From positions 1 through 57,859 of the forward strand of contig JAAPAO010000174.1 of the NCBI GenBank assembly GCA_013115145.1: a stretch of DNA of 57,859 nt, written 5' to 3'. The DNA is from Perkinsus chesapeaki ATCC PRA-425 (taxonomy: Eukaryota > Protista > Perkinsozoa). Position 1 is the first letter of the stretch; the number at the start of each line of letters is the position of its first letter. Positions 24,339 to 37,496 of this stretch are shown in pieces. The translations under genes were made by a program, and so were the position numbers. The notes under the pieces are model-generated. The model searched no databases and was not told where the DNA came from. It saw only the letters and a list, made by a program, of their open reading frames with translations.

Positions 24339-25969
24339 ATGGATTCACCAGTCAGTGCCGCTTCGACAAATCCTACCTCGCAGAAGCGTGCACGCACGGA
24401 GGGTTTGGGATACACCAGGCCCCTGTACAACTCGGAGGCACTCAAGCCTTACCTTGAGGTTATAGGGAAGTGCTGCTCTGATGAGATAGTTATGAAACCG
24501 GAAATCGCTTGCCTGGCGAGTGATGACGTTAGGAAGGCTTTTGATCATATAACAGGAGCTGCGGGCAGGCAGACCTGGTAGGCAAGAATATCTTTTATAG
24601 TGCGGAGATTTGGGCTTAGGCAGAACTACGGTAAGCTCACCGTGCACTTGCCACAGCTGGAATCGTTGGTGTCGATGATTATCAAACGCTTCCAGCCTGG
24701 GAAGGACACTCTCCTATTCGAGCTCGGTGCTGGCAAGGGCCTGCTGGGTCGGATAGTAGCTGAGATGACTGGTTGCAGGTAGATATGGAGGCATAGGTTC
24801 ATGTGCGGCAATCTGGAGGGTAGGCACTTGGCATTGGACTGTAGAGATATTACTAGTGGCTATGATGGCCAGGAGGAAGGAGATGAATGTAGTGATGGTT
24901 ATGGTGATGAAGATTGTGAGGCTAGTGGTGGGGCTAGGAAGACTATTAGGGTAGTAAGGGGAGAGGGAAGGGATAGACCGAAGTACCTAGGAAACCTCCG
25001 GCTATGTGAACTACCGCGCATTGATAACGGCACACACCAGCGCCCACATAGCACTGACAGGGCAGCAGCAGCATTCTCTACTTGAAATCTTCTTCTCGCA
25101 AGAGAGTAGCTTTTCAGGTTAGGGCTGACGTCACAGCTACTGACCTGCGCTCCGTATTGGAGGACCAATGCAGCAAGATGAAGGCGGATGGTATAGATAA
25201 GCCTAAGGTGGTTTGACTACCCTTACTGACCTCTCACTTTGGGCCTAGGTGCTGTTTATTGCCAAACATCTTTGTGGCAATGGCTCTGATGCTGCGGTGA
25301 AGAGCATAGCATCCCTGCTAGCCCCGACTGCAGGCGGCGGCCTTTGGACAGTTCGAGGGGCCGTTCTGGCACCTTGCTGTCATCCCCAGGCCAAACTAGA
25401 AGCCTTTGCTGGTACTACAGGGGTTAGGAGTAACGTCCGAGGGTCGCTGGTGTGGTAGGCTTGGAGGAGGACTTGGCAAAATTGGACGCTGATGAGGAGA
25501 GGTCCGGCAAGGAATGGCGGGCGCAGGTCTGGGAGATCCTCATGGAGCTACTGTAACGGCTTTGCTGTATATTGCGCGTGGAGGGCAATCACGCAGGTAT
25601 ATGTCGAAGCTTGGTGGAGCACTTCGACCATCGGACTGCAGCTCCTGGTCGGCTATGTCTTCGGCTTTCACCTTTTCGCAACTGCGTAGGTCGACTCTGA
25701 GCTGTGAAGTGCCAGGGGGCTTTCAGGTCGGCTCGGACGTAAGTGTCGCGTATTACTGGAGTCGATGCGGGCGCGTGAGTTGGTGTCTGAAGGCGCCACT
25801 GGAGAGGTTGAGCTTGTCCAGTTAAGAGCTGCTGCACTAGCAAGGAGTACTGATCGGTGTCGAGAGCAGGTACGCAAGCCAGAATGTTACTCCGGACAAC
25901 CTTGCTATTGTATACGACAGTAATGGGAAGTTTGACATGCAGTGGGACTCTGAGTTCCCTGGAGCTGTG
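24339..25969 (+). CDS. TRM13: tRNA:m4X methyltransferase TRM13 catalytic region, multi-exon
   Basis: HLPQLESLV..LFELGAGKGLLG (motif I), IAKHLCGNGSDAAV, AVLAPCCH, LGRKCRVLLESMRAREL and QYASQNVTPDNLAIV follow the TRM13 motif order. Confidence 0.8.
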
Positions 25970-28116
25970 GTGATTAGGGTACTAAAGCAGGGGCTGATGT
26001 GGAGGAGGAGGAGGGCATCGTAGGTGCTAATGGATCAGAGCAGCAAGAAGACAGTTACCTTACCGAAAAGGCTATCCGAGTACATATTGGGCATGAAGTC
26101 GCTGAGCTTGGAATGGCAGGGTGTTGTTAAGTAATTGGACCACAGGCTTACTGATCCACCTATCCCCTGTCCAGGTCGGCGTATCCTATTTGTATATCGG
26201 ACCTGGAGTGTGGTTCTTCGAGTGGATGCGTGCAGATGGAGTCGGCGGCATTGGTGATCATACATAGAAAGGAGGATGTGGTAGTATGGGTAGGGATAAG
26301 TACCACAAGAGGCCGGAATAGTGGGATGGTATGTGCTTGTGTGAATGGTAGACCCATTAGTCTTCATTTTCCATGTCACCACCATTGGGGAGGCATAGAC
26401 TTCGGGTGTAGTTACTGGTTGTATTAGAGGGCTTAAGGTCAAGTTCACGCTTAAGGAGCACACGGCAGCTCAGCTGTAGCATTGCCTGGAGGCATCATTG
26501 CCTTGTCGATTGTGTTGGGGACAAATCACTGTATACCACCTGCAGCCTAGCACAGAGCGCGTTGGGTGTTCCAAGCAGGGCCTCTTAACCTCTCAACTGT
26601 GGGCGATGCCCTGAGGCATGATTTCAGGCACCTTTGATGTCCTTGCTCATCCATGATCCACTAGTGAAGAGAGTGGTCTCTATGTTGTATCCGATTCACT
26701 ACCTAGGCAGGGACACAGTCGAGTCCACGCTGGCGCAGCTCGGGCCAGATGAGCTGCCGGTGCGGACCTGTGCTGCACCGCATGCCTTGGAGCTGAATAA
26801 GGACATCTGCAGTGGTGGGTCGGGGCAGGAGGAGGGAAGGGTAGTGGATCTAGTCTTGAATCTCAGATGAGAACTGCGGCCATGACGGTGTTGTCTGCAA
26901 CAGGCTCAGTCCTACGAAGTTCGTCAGCGTCTACTCCGGAGTTCAGTTCATCGATAAGGTGGACCCATGGCCAGTGGACACCGAGCCCACTTGCTGTAGG
27001 CGGAGGGGCAATGAGGTGTGTAGGATGTACTAGTGTAGGCACCTTCGGATGGTCGGTGGTCCCTCGGGCGGAGTGGGATCCGTCACTTCTTAGGAAGACA
27101 CAGACGCCCAAGTGAGCCGGAGGGAGTGACGCTATTTTCATACCATACTTTCCTTATCTTACCAAACAATTCGTTATGTGGCCCTGCTATTAGCAGGTAG
27201 TACTGTTGGAATATTGCAATCAGCAGTCAGCGAGGTTTGACCATTTATTTATCGATGCCGTTGTGCAAATCACCCGAGACGCCACTGTCGAGGTTTGGGC
27301 TGTAGAGCTTGACGCTGATTCTTTCTCGAGAAGGTACACCGCTCGCATGTACGAGCTTACAAGGAGGTTCGGTGTTCAAGTAGCAAGTGGGACACGGGTC
27401 CACATTATCTGTGACAAAAAGAAGGACAAGACAGATCTGGAGGAAGCCATCGTGGCTCTTGGCGGTAGGGAGGCTCAATAACACCTCACCACCCAGCAGG
27501 CTTCGATCAGGGTCGATGACTGATAGCCAAGAAGATGCCAACCTCCTCATGGTGGAGCTGCCAAGTCAGAGACATGATGCCATACTGAGACGTACAAGTG
27601 AAGCACTGAAGGTAGGGGACAGCACTCTGGGAAGCATGCGCATGTGGCCGTCTAAGTATGGTGACGAGGACTGGGAGAAAATCCAAACAGCTGCGTTTGC
27701 GAATTCATTGGCAAAAACTCCCCTTAATACTCTGGCCGATGCTCACAGCCCTGGCACGACTCTAGAGTCAGCAGTAGAGGAGGTTAGCTCTAGCATGGTG
27801 GTCAGATTAGGGGGTTTTACATCGCGAACTGCCTCCTTGGGCGCCGTAGATAGTGCGACTTCTGTAGGCTTGTGAAGATGGAACTGCAGTTGTGGCCCGA
27901 CTCAATGTCAACGGCATCCGGGGACGGACATTGAAGAAGCAAGATAAGGACCTTCGGAAATTAACAGTAAGTAGAGGATCACCAAGCGACCTCAGAAGAA
28001 TCTTAGCGTTTCAGGTAGCAGCAGTTCGTAACACATGTGTGGACATACGTATCAATCATTTGGTCACCGACAAGGAGCTAGAGCGTATGACCATCATGAC
28101 CTACTCAAGCATATAG
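25970..28116 (+). CDS. putative C-terminal extension of TRM13 (THUMP-like repeats), or adjacent hypothetical gene(s)
   Basis: The frame continues from the TRM13 end through phase-compatible introns: VVIR|VLMDQ..GVVK|SAYPIC.., LLIHDPLVKRVVSMLYPIH.., VRTCAAPHALE..RLSPTKFVSVYS..C|CTFGWSVVPRAEWDP, VHIICDKKKDKTDLEEAIVALGG, DANLLMVEL. Not every junction was resolved; an in-frame stop at 27115 is an alternative end. Confidence 0.4.
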
Positions 28117-28290
28117 TAGCGTTGGTTAGGTACACTATTGACAACAGTGAAGCATAAACCACAGCCATACTGACCGTGTCTTGGTTTCTAAACGTTATTC
28201 TGTTTCTTCCTTTATTCTCAGTGTTAAGTTGAAGTCTGGTAAGCATGAGTGGTATCTAGTTTGGTTTACTGTTTGTTATTATATATTATT

Positions 28291-31200
28291 ATGTGGGACT
28301 GGAAGAAGGTCACCAGCGCTTATAACAAAGTGGCCAACTCAGACTTTGTCAATCAGTCACTGCAGTCCCTGCAAGAGGCCAAGGCTAAGGTGAGCTCCCC
28401 AGTGGGCGAGTGACCTATTCTGTCCCTCAGGTGGACACAGCCTTCGAAGAGGCGATGAAGCAGCAGAACGCTGAGATACCGCACCCGTCGAGCTCGTCCT
28501 CGTCATCGGCAGCACCACGGCGGCAGGACGATCATGTTACGGTGCCGCCAGCGTTCGATTCGGACTTCCCCGTGTTTGGGCAAGCCCATTCGCCACCGCC
28601 ACATGCGAGGCCTCCACCGCCTCCTCCTCATAGAGGAGCTGCTCTTCCTGAAGTTGCTCAGGAACGTAAGGGACATGTCGCATTTCGGGAGAATATGGTT
28701 TGTTGTAGGGAAGCCGCCGCCCCCTGTGAAGAACGAGAACGCGACCAAGGGGCTCTTTGATGATGACGAGTTTGACGTCTTCATGCTGGGTGAAGGGGAT
28801 ACCAGTCAGTGGCGACCACCGCAGCATCAGCAGCAGTCTGGCGATCATAGCGATACCAGCCTGTCCGGTCCGCCGCTGCCGTCCTCGAGCTCCGGAGGAA
28901 GCAGCCGTCATGGAGGGCTTCCACCGGCAGCGACAGGGACTGAGGAGGTTGACTTGCTTGACAATGATCTCCTGTCGGGGGATGAGAACACTGCGTCTAA
29001 CGAGCTTCCAGCTCAGACTCCGCCAAGCACGGGAAATCACCCGCCACAGCTGCTGCCTGCAGTGGCTGGCCAGGAGCCGGCGATTGCTGGGGCATCAGAG
29101 CAGACTATAGTGCGAGAGTCTTCAGAGGAGAAGTTGTTTGCCTTACACACGGGAAGGGAGGAGGAGGAGGCTTCAGAAAGCCGGGGAGCTCGGCCTGTAT
29201 GCCTAGGCACCCGACCCCAGCCAGCCTCCTCAGCTCGATCCGGAACGGGGAGAGATGAGTCTGTTGGTGGATCTGTGCGGGGTGATGCGAGCATAGTTGA
29301 AAGAGCGGAGGAGCCGGTGGTGCTCCCGCCATCTGGAGCGCTCTTGGAGCTTCAGTCGACTGTTAGTCCCACTGATAGGCTGGTTTTGGACGAACGGAGC
29401 TCTATCGTTGATGAGCAGGCCTTCGATGATCATACATGGGGGGCCCAAGCGGATCAGCCTCGTGTGCCGGCGGAAACCGGAGATGCAAACACTGCGAACA
29501 GCGGTAATGGACACACTAGGATTGTCGAAGAGGCGGAGGCCACCAGTACTGGTGCAGAGGGCAGCCAGGGGTCAGAAGACGAGGAGCTCGCTGGGGTGCA
29601 TAGGAGAGATGGTGGAGCGTTGTCATCAGAGCAGAAGGATATAGATGCGATGGCTCCGCCGCAGCCGTCTCCAGAGATGCAAGCGTCATCGGGAGGGTGG
29701 AGCCTCTCGGAAGGACTGTCTGAGGTGGATAGGCTCAGTAGGGCATCCCGTGAGGGTGATGCCGAGTCTCACGAAGAGGGCACATCAAGTACTCAAATCG
29801 AGGCAGCGATGGTGCCACTGGTCGAGATGAGCACCGAAGAACCGGCCCTAGCTCATTTGGGAGCCGAGGAAGGCTACAGTGTTGAGGTAGCGACCAATGT
29901 TAAGGAATCTGCCACTGGCTCGGACCTAGATGAGGCTCTCTCGAAGGGGGACTCGAGGAGTAACCGAGCATCGCCGGCAGAGGCGGAAGAGAAAGGTCTG
30001 GCAACTTCCTTCTCCCATGAGACGACTTGGGCAGTGAGCACTTGCCCACAGGAGGAGGGGGACTTGGCTCGGGATGACCACACAGATGAACTTGCCGTTA
30101 TGAGAAGTGAGAGCATTGTTCGGTACGAGGAAGAGGTTTCGCCGGCCTATGGGGTTGCAGCGGGGCTACGGAGGTGCCTGGATGTTGTGGAGCAGCCTAT
30201 TGGAAGGATTGAGAAGGAAGACAGATCAAAGGACATGCTTACTCTTCCGAATATGAGTATCAAGGAGGAATCCGCGACTACAGGAGTGGTCCGAGCTACT
30301 GAGGAGAGCCCCGCTACAGAGGTCACCCCAGCTACTGAGGAGAGTATCGAGAAGAGGCCTGCTTCTGAGGAAATCACTGAGGAGAAGCCTGCTACTGAGG
30401 AGAGCCGCGCTACAGAAGAGAAGCTTGCTACTGAGGAGAGGCCAGACATTGAAGAGAGCCACGCTACAGAAGAGAAGCCTGCTACTGAGGAGAGACCTGC
30501 TACTGAGGAGAGGCCAGATATTGAAGAGAGCCACGCTACAGAAGAGAAGCCTGCTACTGAGGAGAGGCCAGATATTGAAGAGAAGCCTGCTACTGAGGAG
30601 AGGCCAGATATTGAAGAGAAGCCTGCTACAGGAGTGGCCCCAGGAGTCGCTGCCGACAATGCTACAGTCCAGGCCGAGGAAGTGTCGCGGCCTTTCGACG
30701 ATGATGATGATGATGATGATGATGAGGGTAACTTGGACGCCTCTACAGATAACGAGTCTGTTGTGAAAGAGACTTGGACAGACCTTCAGGGAGGCGCTAA
30801 TGCAGTGGTGCTCGAGGCCGCGGCTGGCATATCAGCGAACTATATAAGAGCCCGCCCTCCAAGCAAGAGTGATAATACCTTCCAAATAGAAAGCGAGGAA
30901 GAGGAGAAGGTCGACCACACTGAAGACGATACCGAGCAGGGCCAGCCAGAGCAGGTCGCGAGGGGCTCTGCCGAGGCAGGCGAATTGGCAATCACCCGGA
31001 CCGACACTGCTACCTCCCAAGACAATGTTAACATCACCGATAACACTGCGTCATCGACCAGCTCCACTGGCCAGGACGAGACAAGTCTAGGCAGCGATGG
31101 TCTTGGTACGGTTGCACGGGGCCTCATGAGCGTCGAGGATCTCATCGACACTGCGAGGGAGAGAGCGAGCTCGGCATTCAGTATTGGGAAGGCAGAAGGC

Positions 31201-33665
31201 GACTCTGAGGAGGAGGAGGGGAAAGCCCTTCAGGGAGACAGGATGCCAAAGGGCAACGACGGTGGGGAACCGAGGCATATAGTGCTCGGGGAGGAGGAGT
31301 GTCCAAGAGCAGAGGCGATTCATGAGGGCGATGAGCTGTCTAAGGGCAAACTTGAAGTGAACGACGAGCTGGAGACGATAGAGCCAGAGGAGGTTCAAGG
31401 TGACAGCAATCAAGCCGTAATAAGGACACTGCGAGGTGAGGTAGAGGACCTGAAGTCGAGGTTGCATAGCAGAGAGGAGCAGTTGGAGGCACACGCTAAG
31501 TACGGGTAACAGTGAACTGGCTGTCAAGTGATTGGTATTGTTTAGGACTATGCAAATGCTCCTCGATGAAGGCAACAAATCTGGGGTGAGCTCTTCGGCG
31601 ATGGTGTCATTAGCTGATGGGGCTCTTCAGGTGAATGAGGAAGTGCTGAGAGACCTAGAAAGTAAATACTGTGCTTCGACAGAGGAGCTCCGTAGGTCAG
31701 GTGACATAAAGTAAATGCACTCTGCTGTGTTAGATGAGGCTAAGGCAGTTGCCGCTACAAGAGAGAAGCAGATAACAAAGCTGCGGGAGGAGCTTGACAA
31801 GCAAAGCAAGGAGGCCGAGGATGCCAAGGAGGAGACGCAACGTAGGTTGGTGTTGAGGCAGTTAATCGACGATGGCAGGGCAGGTATCTTGGAGGAAGGC
31901 AAGAAGCTCGCTCAGAAGCTAAGCAACCTTGAGCAAAAGCACAAGTCGAGGCTGCAGCAGCTCGATACGGCAAAAAAGGAGAAGGAAAAGCTTCAAGCGC
32001 AGCTTGAGGAGGCGCAACAGAAGTAGCCTCGTCGTTCAGGGAGGTTCCCTACCGCTCTCTCAACAGGTCTAAAAATCTTGGTGATGCCTCGGCGGAATCA
32101 GCTGCGTTGAGGGAGCAAATGCAGAAGGACAGGCAGAAGATGAAAACACATCTTGCTGGAGTGGTGGCTGAGAGGACCAAAGCCGAGGTGAGCTCGACAG
32201 TTGCCACGACCTCCTCAATGGCTGTATAGGATGACTTGGTGAAGACGAAGGAAAAAGTGAATCAGTATGAGCGGGAAAAGGAAGAGTTACTGAGCAGCCA
32301 GAAAATGATGCAGGCAGAGCTGGACCGGGTCGGTTGACTTGGCATTCTGCCCTCTGAGAGCCTTATGTATTTTAGGTTAGTTCGGAGCTATCTTCCGCAC
32401 AAAATGAACTTATATCATCACAGCGGCAACATACCGAGCAAATAGATAAACTGCAGACGGAGTTAGAAGAGACTCAGCATGCCCTTGCCCAACGTGAGTA
32501 AGATCTAGGCGTGGAGAAAGAATCGGTATGGAACTTAGAGGAGTCAGCTGGAGGATCCTATCCATCGGTAGCAGCGGCGGAGCAACGAGCTGTCGATGCT
32601 GAAAGCAAGTGTGACTCCCTGCACATGGAACTCGCGAATGCTCGGAAGGAGGTGGGGCCCTCGACCCAGTTGCCCTTCTCAAACTTGCCCTCAGTTGGCC
32701 GAGGTCCGTGGGAAGCTTGAATCTTCGACGAGCAGCACTAAGCAGTTGAAGAAGGACATTTCGGCGCTCAATGCCCAGCTTGAAACCATGAGAGGGGACC
32801 AGGCTGCAAAGGCCACCAATGAGGCACATCTCTCTAGCGCCTTGGAAGAAGTAGGTTTGCATTTACCTGGGCAGCGTACGTACAGCTCATGCCTCCCGCA
32901 GGTGAGTCGGCTACAGGATCAGCTGCGACAGAAAGATTCGCGCATGTCGGAGGTTGTGGAAAAGCTCAAGTAAAGCACTAGAGGACTTGTGCCGGTTGAC
33001 GATGCCGGTCTTGTCTCACAGGAACTCCGACGCTGAAAAACGCGCAAACGCAGAGCAATTGCGGGCAATGCAGGTGCGTGCGGATGATCTGCAGCAACAA
33101 CTCGAGTCGGCTCAGAACGCTTTGAACGACGCGCAGTCCACTGGTAACGTCCATTTCGTAGCGACTTTGCCGATATTCCTTCTCTAGGTCGTCGAAATAG
33201 CGGCCAGGCTCTATTGGAGGCAAGTTCACCAGAACCCTCTTTCGCACGAGGCAAGGATCTCGTTATGAGCTGCTCGCAGATCGTCGGTCGATGTGTTTCA
33301 GGTGCAGCGTCATCCTCATCGGTTAGTCCTAGTGGAGAGTCTCAGCTAGAGAAACGGTGTAGAGAGGTAAGTGCCTTCTAATTTGTATTTGGACCCATTC
33401 TTGAACGGTAATGTCATCTTAATTGCTTAATAGGGACATTGTTATTATTATTTTTACGTATCCCACCGTCCAGTGGGCAAAGCTTCGACGAATAGTCTTC
33501 GGGTGCATACCGCACTCACACCTGTTTCTGATTCAGTTGGAGAGGAAGTTTGAGATCTCCCTCCAAGCCCTAGGTCAGCTGCAAGAGGAACTGGACCAGT
33601 CCAAGGACGTGGCCGCCATGTACAAGTCGATGTTGAAGAAGCAAGTGGAAGAAGAGACTTCCTAG
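28291..33665 (+). CDS. TMF1/Sgm1-like golgin: aromatic N-terminus, long acidic disordered region, coiled coil, TMF-type C-terminus
   Basis: Start MWDWKKVTSAYNKVANSDFVNQSLQSLQEAKAK|VDTAFEEAM. An exon of about 2.8 kb is acidic and low-complexity, followed by many short coiled-coil exons. The end LERKFEISLQALGQLQEELDQSKDVAAMYKSMLKKQV resembles the TMF C-terminal domain. Confidence 0.68.
30379..30630 (+). repeat. coding minisatellite, 14 x 18 bp (EEKPAT / EERPDI / EESHAT hexapeptides)
   Basis: 14 consecutive in-phase hexapeptides beginning with EE, read directly from the sequence. Confidence 0.95.
30697..30723 (+). repeat. GAC(GAT)8 microsatellite encoding poly-Asp (D9)
   Basis: Direct reading of the sequence. 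Confidence 0.95.
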
Positions 33666-33915
33666 AAACCATTGAGCAGCCGCAGCCATTTTATCAGTTC
33701 TATTCGTTTGCCACATTCCTGCATTATTAGTTGTCGTGTCTCGCGCTGTCCCATTCTGATTGGTGTTCATTTCAACACAACTATGGCGACCATTTTAACG
33801 GTGGTAAGATCTACAGCAGTGAACAATAACAGTAGGCTCTGAAGCAACCTAACACAGGCGTTCTTCCATGCCGCAAGTCTCCGTCCCGGGCCTTACTTTT
33901 CGCATAGTGTCTTCG

Positions 33916-36900
33916 TTAGTAAGTGATCTGTGATAGTTGGTCATACTCTTTCCGCCATATATTTGTCTGAAGATTCGATAACCTATAATCACTTTGGCCA
34001 TCATTGTCGACTCACTTGGCCTTCCCAGCAGCTCCCTTGTACATGTGGCACACTGTTTTCACGTAGTCGTCGTAAAACGTCCCTATGAGTGTGTCGATTC
34101 CGCTACGACTTTGAAAACGTTACCATGAGGAAGCCTCTCCGCTGCGAGGGCTTTCCTGCTCGTTGTCGAGTCCCGGACTCCAAGCCAGTCCTCGTGGCTC
34201 AATGTGCGGCTGCGTGCTGAGGATCTGGACGAGCGAGGCGTATAGTATCGGTCATGCTTCAGAAGACCGCAGTCGATCAACGGGAACCTAGTCGAACAAT
34301 CTTGAGCTGGCATTCGATCCCCCTCCCACTTGTAGGCATTTTCAATTGCCCTTCCGCCGTCCCCTAATGCGTGATACTTGTGGGGCCAGTAACCTCTGGA
34401 ACATGTCTGTCACAGAAGGCAGTTTGAAGAGTATCGAGGTTAAGTGGCATACCTCTCTCCAGAGCATATCCCGACGGACTGGTGTAGCAGTATCAGACGG
34501 CCAGAAGTTAGCTATGCCCACTCTGGCCATGACAGAACGAGATCAGACGATGACAAGCACAGCAGCACTGTGCAGCAAGGTACTTCTTATTTACAATACA
34601 ACACTAGCTACACTTAAAAGACATCTCATTATTATTAATAACACCTTGCAGCATGCTACACAGCAGCTCATCGATACGTCAACGAGCCGTGCCTGCCGAT
34701 GGGCTTGGGGACGGGGAACAGCCTCGGTGTGATCCCCAGCACCGCCCGCAGCGCGCCGAACTGCTGCCTTCTCACCGGGAACCACAACACGGGCCTCTGT
34801 CTCATAGGCAACAATCTCCTCGTAGGCGTAACCACAACTCCCTCGCTTCTTAAGATCCCCTCCCTCTTTTCGAGCTCCTCCTCCGTCAGCCATGATCGAG
34901 ATTTCGGTATAATCGGCTCTGTCCTAGTGCTGACACCCCAAGCATGCTTCGCCCACTCCACAAACACTTCACTGGGTAGCTCAATCAGAACGCCTTCTCG
35001 TGCGTTCGGGCTCGTGTACAGCTTAGCGAGGACGCGATTGTTCCTCTCTGGCTCCTCACCAACCTCCACGAGAGGCTCCTCGTCTAGCATCACCGGTATC
35101 TCCCGGGGCAGTTCATCCTCAACTAGGGACTTCATCAGATTCACTGGTATGATATCACTGCTATCCTCTTCACCATCGTTCACCGCACGCCACCTTATAT
35201 TCTGTCCCAGAGTGTCATACTTCAGCCAATCGCTGGTCCCGTGTGCCGAGCTCTGGCTCGAGACTGCCTCTCGCAAGGATAGGGATTCTATCAGATCACT
35301 GGCAGACTGCGCAAACCGATCACGGAACCCCTGATCTATAGTATGCCCCCCATAGTAGTGCCGTGGGCTGTTCCGGCTGCTGCTGCTGTGGTGGTTGTGG
35401 CTGACCTTTCTCCCTCTTCCCTTGTGAATTCCCAGTCCCCTTTTGGCCGCCGCTCGTGCAGCCACCGTTCCTCGAGGCCTTGCGCTCCGCCCTGCCCCAC
35501 TGACAACTATCGGAAGTGGCTCAGCACAATCAACGACGTCGTTAATAGCTCTTGTATCATCCACACAATCGAAGCTGTCCCCACTAGAGCAGCTGCTGCT
35601 GTCTGTCAGCCTGATGCGCTCCGCGGCATGGTGTCCCCAAATCTCCCTAATAACCGCGTCCGGCGCCGAGACCACCTCGAGACCCCACACCTCGGTATCA
35701 GCATTTCTATCCTCGCCTTCTAATGTGTCCCTATACGCAAGTTCCTGCTCTGGTGTCTGTGTCCCAGTATGACTGCACCCATACAGTCCGTTGGTATCAG
35801 TCGAGGCCCCAACCCCTACCATCACCGACCCACCACTGGCCATCTCTCGACAGCGAGGCGGCGGTGGCGTTTGCGTCACAGAGCATCGTGTGTCCCTAAT
35901 GGGTGGATCCACACCTTTGTTGGCTCGCACTACAGCTGGTGTCTGCGATGCCCCAGACCTCCTCACCTGCCTGTCCTCGTGCTGACACCCGGTATCCGCG
36001 AGTGTCGCTGGAGAACCACCGAGCTTCACCGTACGGTATTCAAGCACAGGGGTTTGTGTGCCGCTCTCCCGGCCCGCCATCAGCCCCCTAGTATCCGTTG
36101 CCCCGTGTTTCCTCGTTAAGCTCGAAGTATTGCAAGACGTGCTCCTGTACTGACTGGTAGGCGTCTGTGTCACCGCAGCGCTACACTCGATCCTGGTAGC
36201 CGCGTCAACGGCGGTGCTCCTATGTTTCGTGATGGGTGTTTGGGTCTCAGCGTTCCTTGAATGCTTCCCTTGGCCAGCAGCCTGACATCCCACACTGCTC
36301 GCTACCCTTGGTATATCCTCCCCGACTAGGCTCGACTTCCTGATGACCAGCCTAGTTCCGATGGCCACGGAATGTCCGCTGGGAACCACGCTTTCGTTTC
36401 CGACTCCCGAATCCTTCCTTGCGATGCCTCCAGTCTGACAGGACCCATCCACAGAGCTCACGGAAGATCGCCGCCTGTCGAGTTCAGCAACATCAGCACA
36501 CAGCCCGGAGCATCCACACATAGGGCACCCGCTGGTCTCCTCGAGAGACATGCCAAACATATCAGTTCCGGATCGCAGGACACCCTTAGGCCTCTCCGGT
36601 CCAGTAGGCTCGGCCTTCCTCTTCCCATCACCCACAGAATCGGTGCGTGGGCTCCAGCCGCGAGGAGTCGACCGCTCACACAAGGAGCGGTGGGTCCCTC
36701 CTCCCCTGGATGGCGACTCGGCCACTGTACTGGCTACGTGGCTGTCCTGGGGTCCAAAGTGGTCCGATGCCGGCCACCACTCGCTACAATCATCAACAGC
36801 TTTGTCGGTCTGCACCTGCTGGCAGTATGACCGAGACAAGTCTCTAGTGTGACCGGTTGGGATGGTTATAGATATTTTCCGTTTGCCCTTTCCTTCTAAG

Positions 36901-37496
36901 TGAGGTAAACATCTAGACGACGTCACATCAACGCCCGGGGACTTCCACGCAGCCACGAGGGTGTCACAGACGACAGCCTGGTTCCGGTATCTGGACAAGA
37001 GAGCATCATCCTGCAAGTGTCTGATGCCAGACTTAAGGTAGACTTACTCCTTTTGAAGTGCTAAAATGCTCAACAACATCTCGGTAGTCTCCGTGTCTCT
37101 CCCTTGATTCTGCCGTCGGAACTTTTCGATAGCTGCTTTCTGTTTGCGTTCAAGTTTGTCGATTCTTTTATACATCAAGGACCTCTCTCGAGATAGCAGG
37201 GCTATCGTTGCCGCATGGTGAGGTTCCAAGTCCACCACGGTAGGGCAGCTCATGTATTGGTAAACGCTTACGGAAGCTACAGTAGTCTGTAAGGAATGCG
37301 AGCCGTCAGTGGAGGGCGAAGTGCGCAATGATCCGGTCGTTCTCAACTCATTAGACTTGTCGTCGAAAAGAAAGACGGACATCTTGCGCACTTGAGATTC
37401 CTCAGTGCGCGTGCTGGTGCTGTGCGGCAAACACAACAATCCTTTGACTGTAGCTAGGGCGTCAGACTCTGTATACAGTGGGGCAAATACGCCCAT
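33916..37496 (-). CDS. large mostly disordered protein with N-terminal coiled coil and a TQT-motif array
   Basis: Exon 37496-37047 (ending ..LALQKE|) splices to the 782-aa ORF 34668-37016. 3' exons down to about 33916 are tentative. No family recognised. Confidence 0.55.

Noticed and set aside
30147-30659. Minus-strand Ser/Val/Ala repeat ORF (similarly 20650-21285, 34699-35334, 50663-51073, 51098-51472)
   Set aside because: Antisense shadows of real genes or repeats on the opposite strand.
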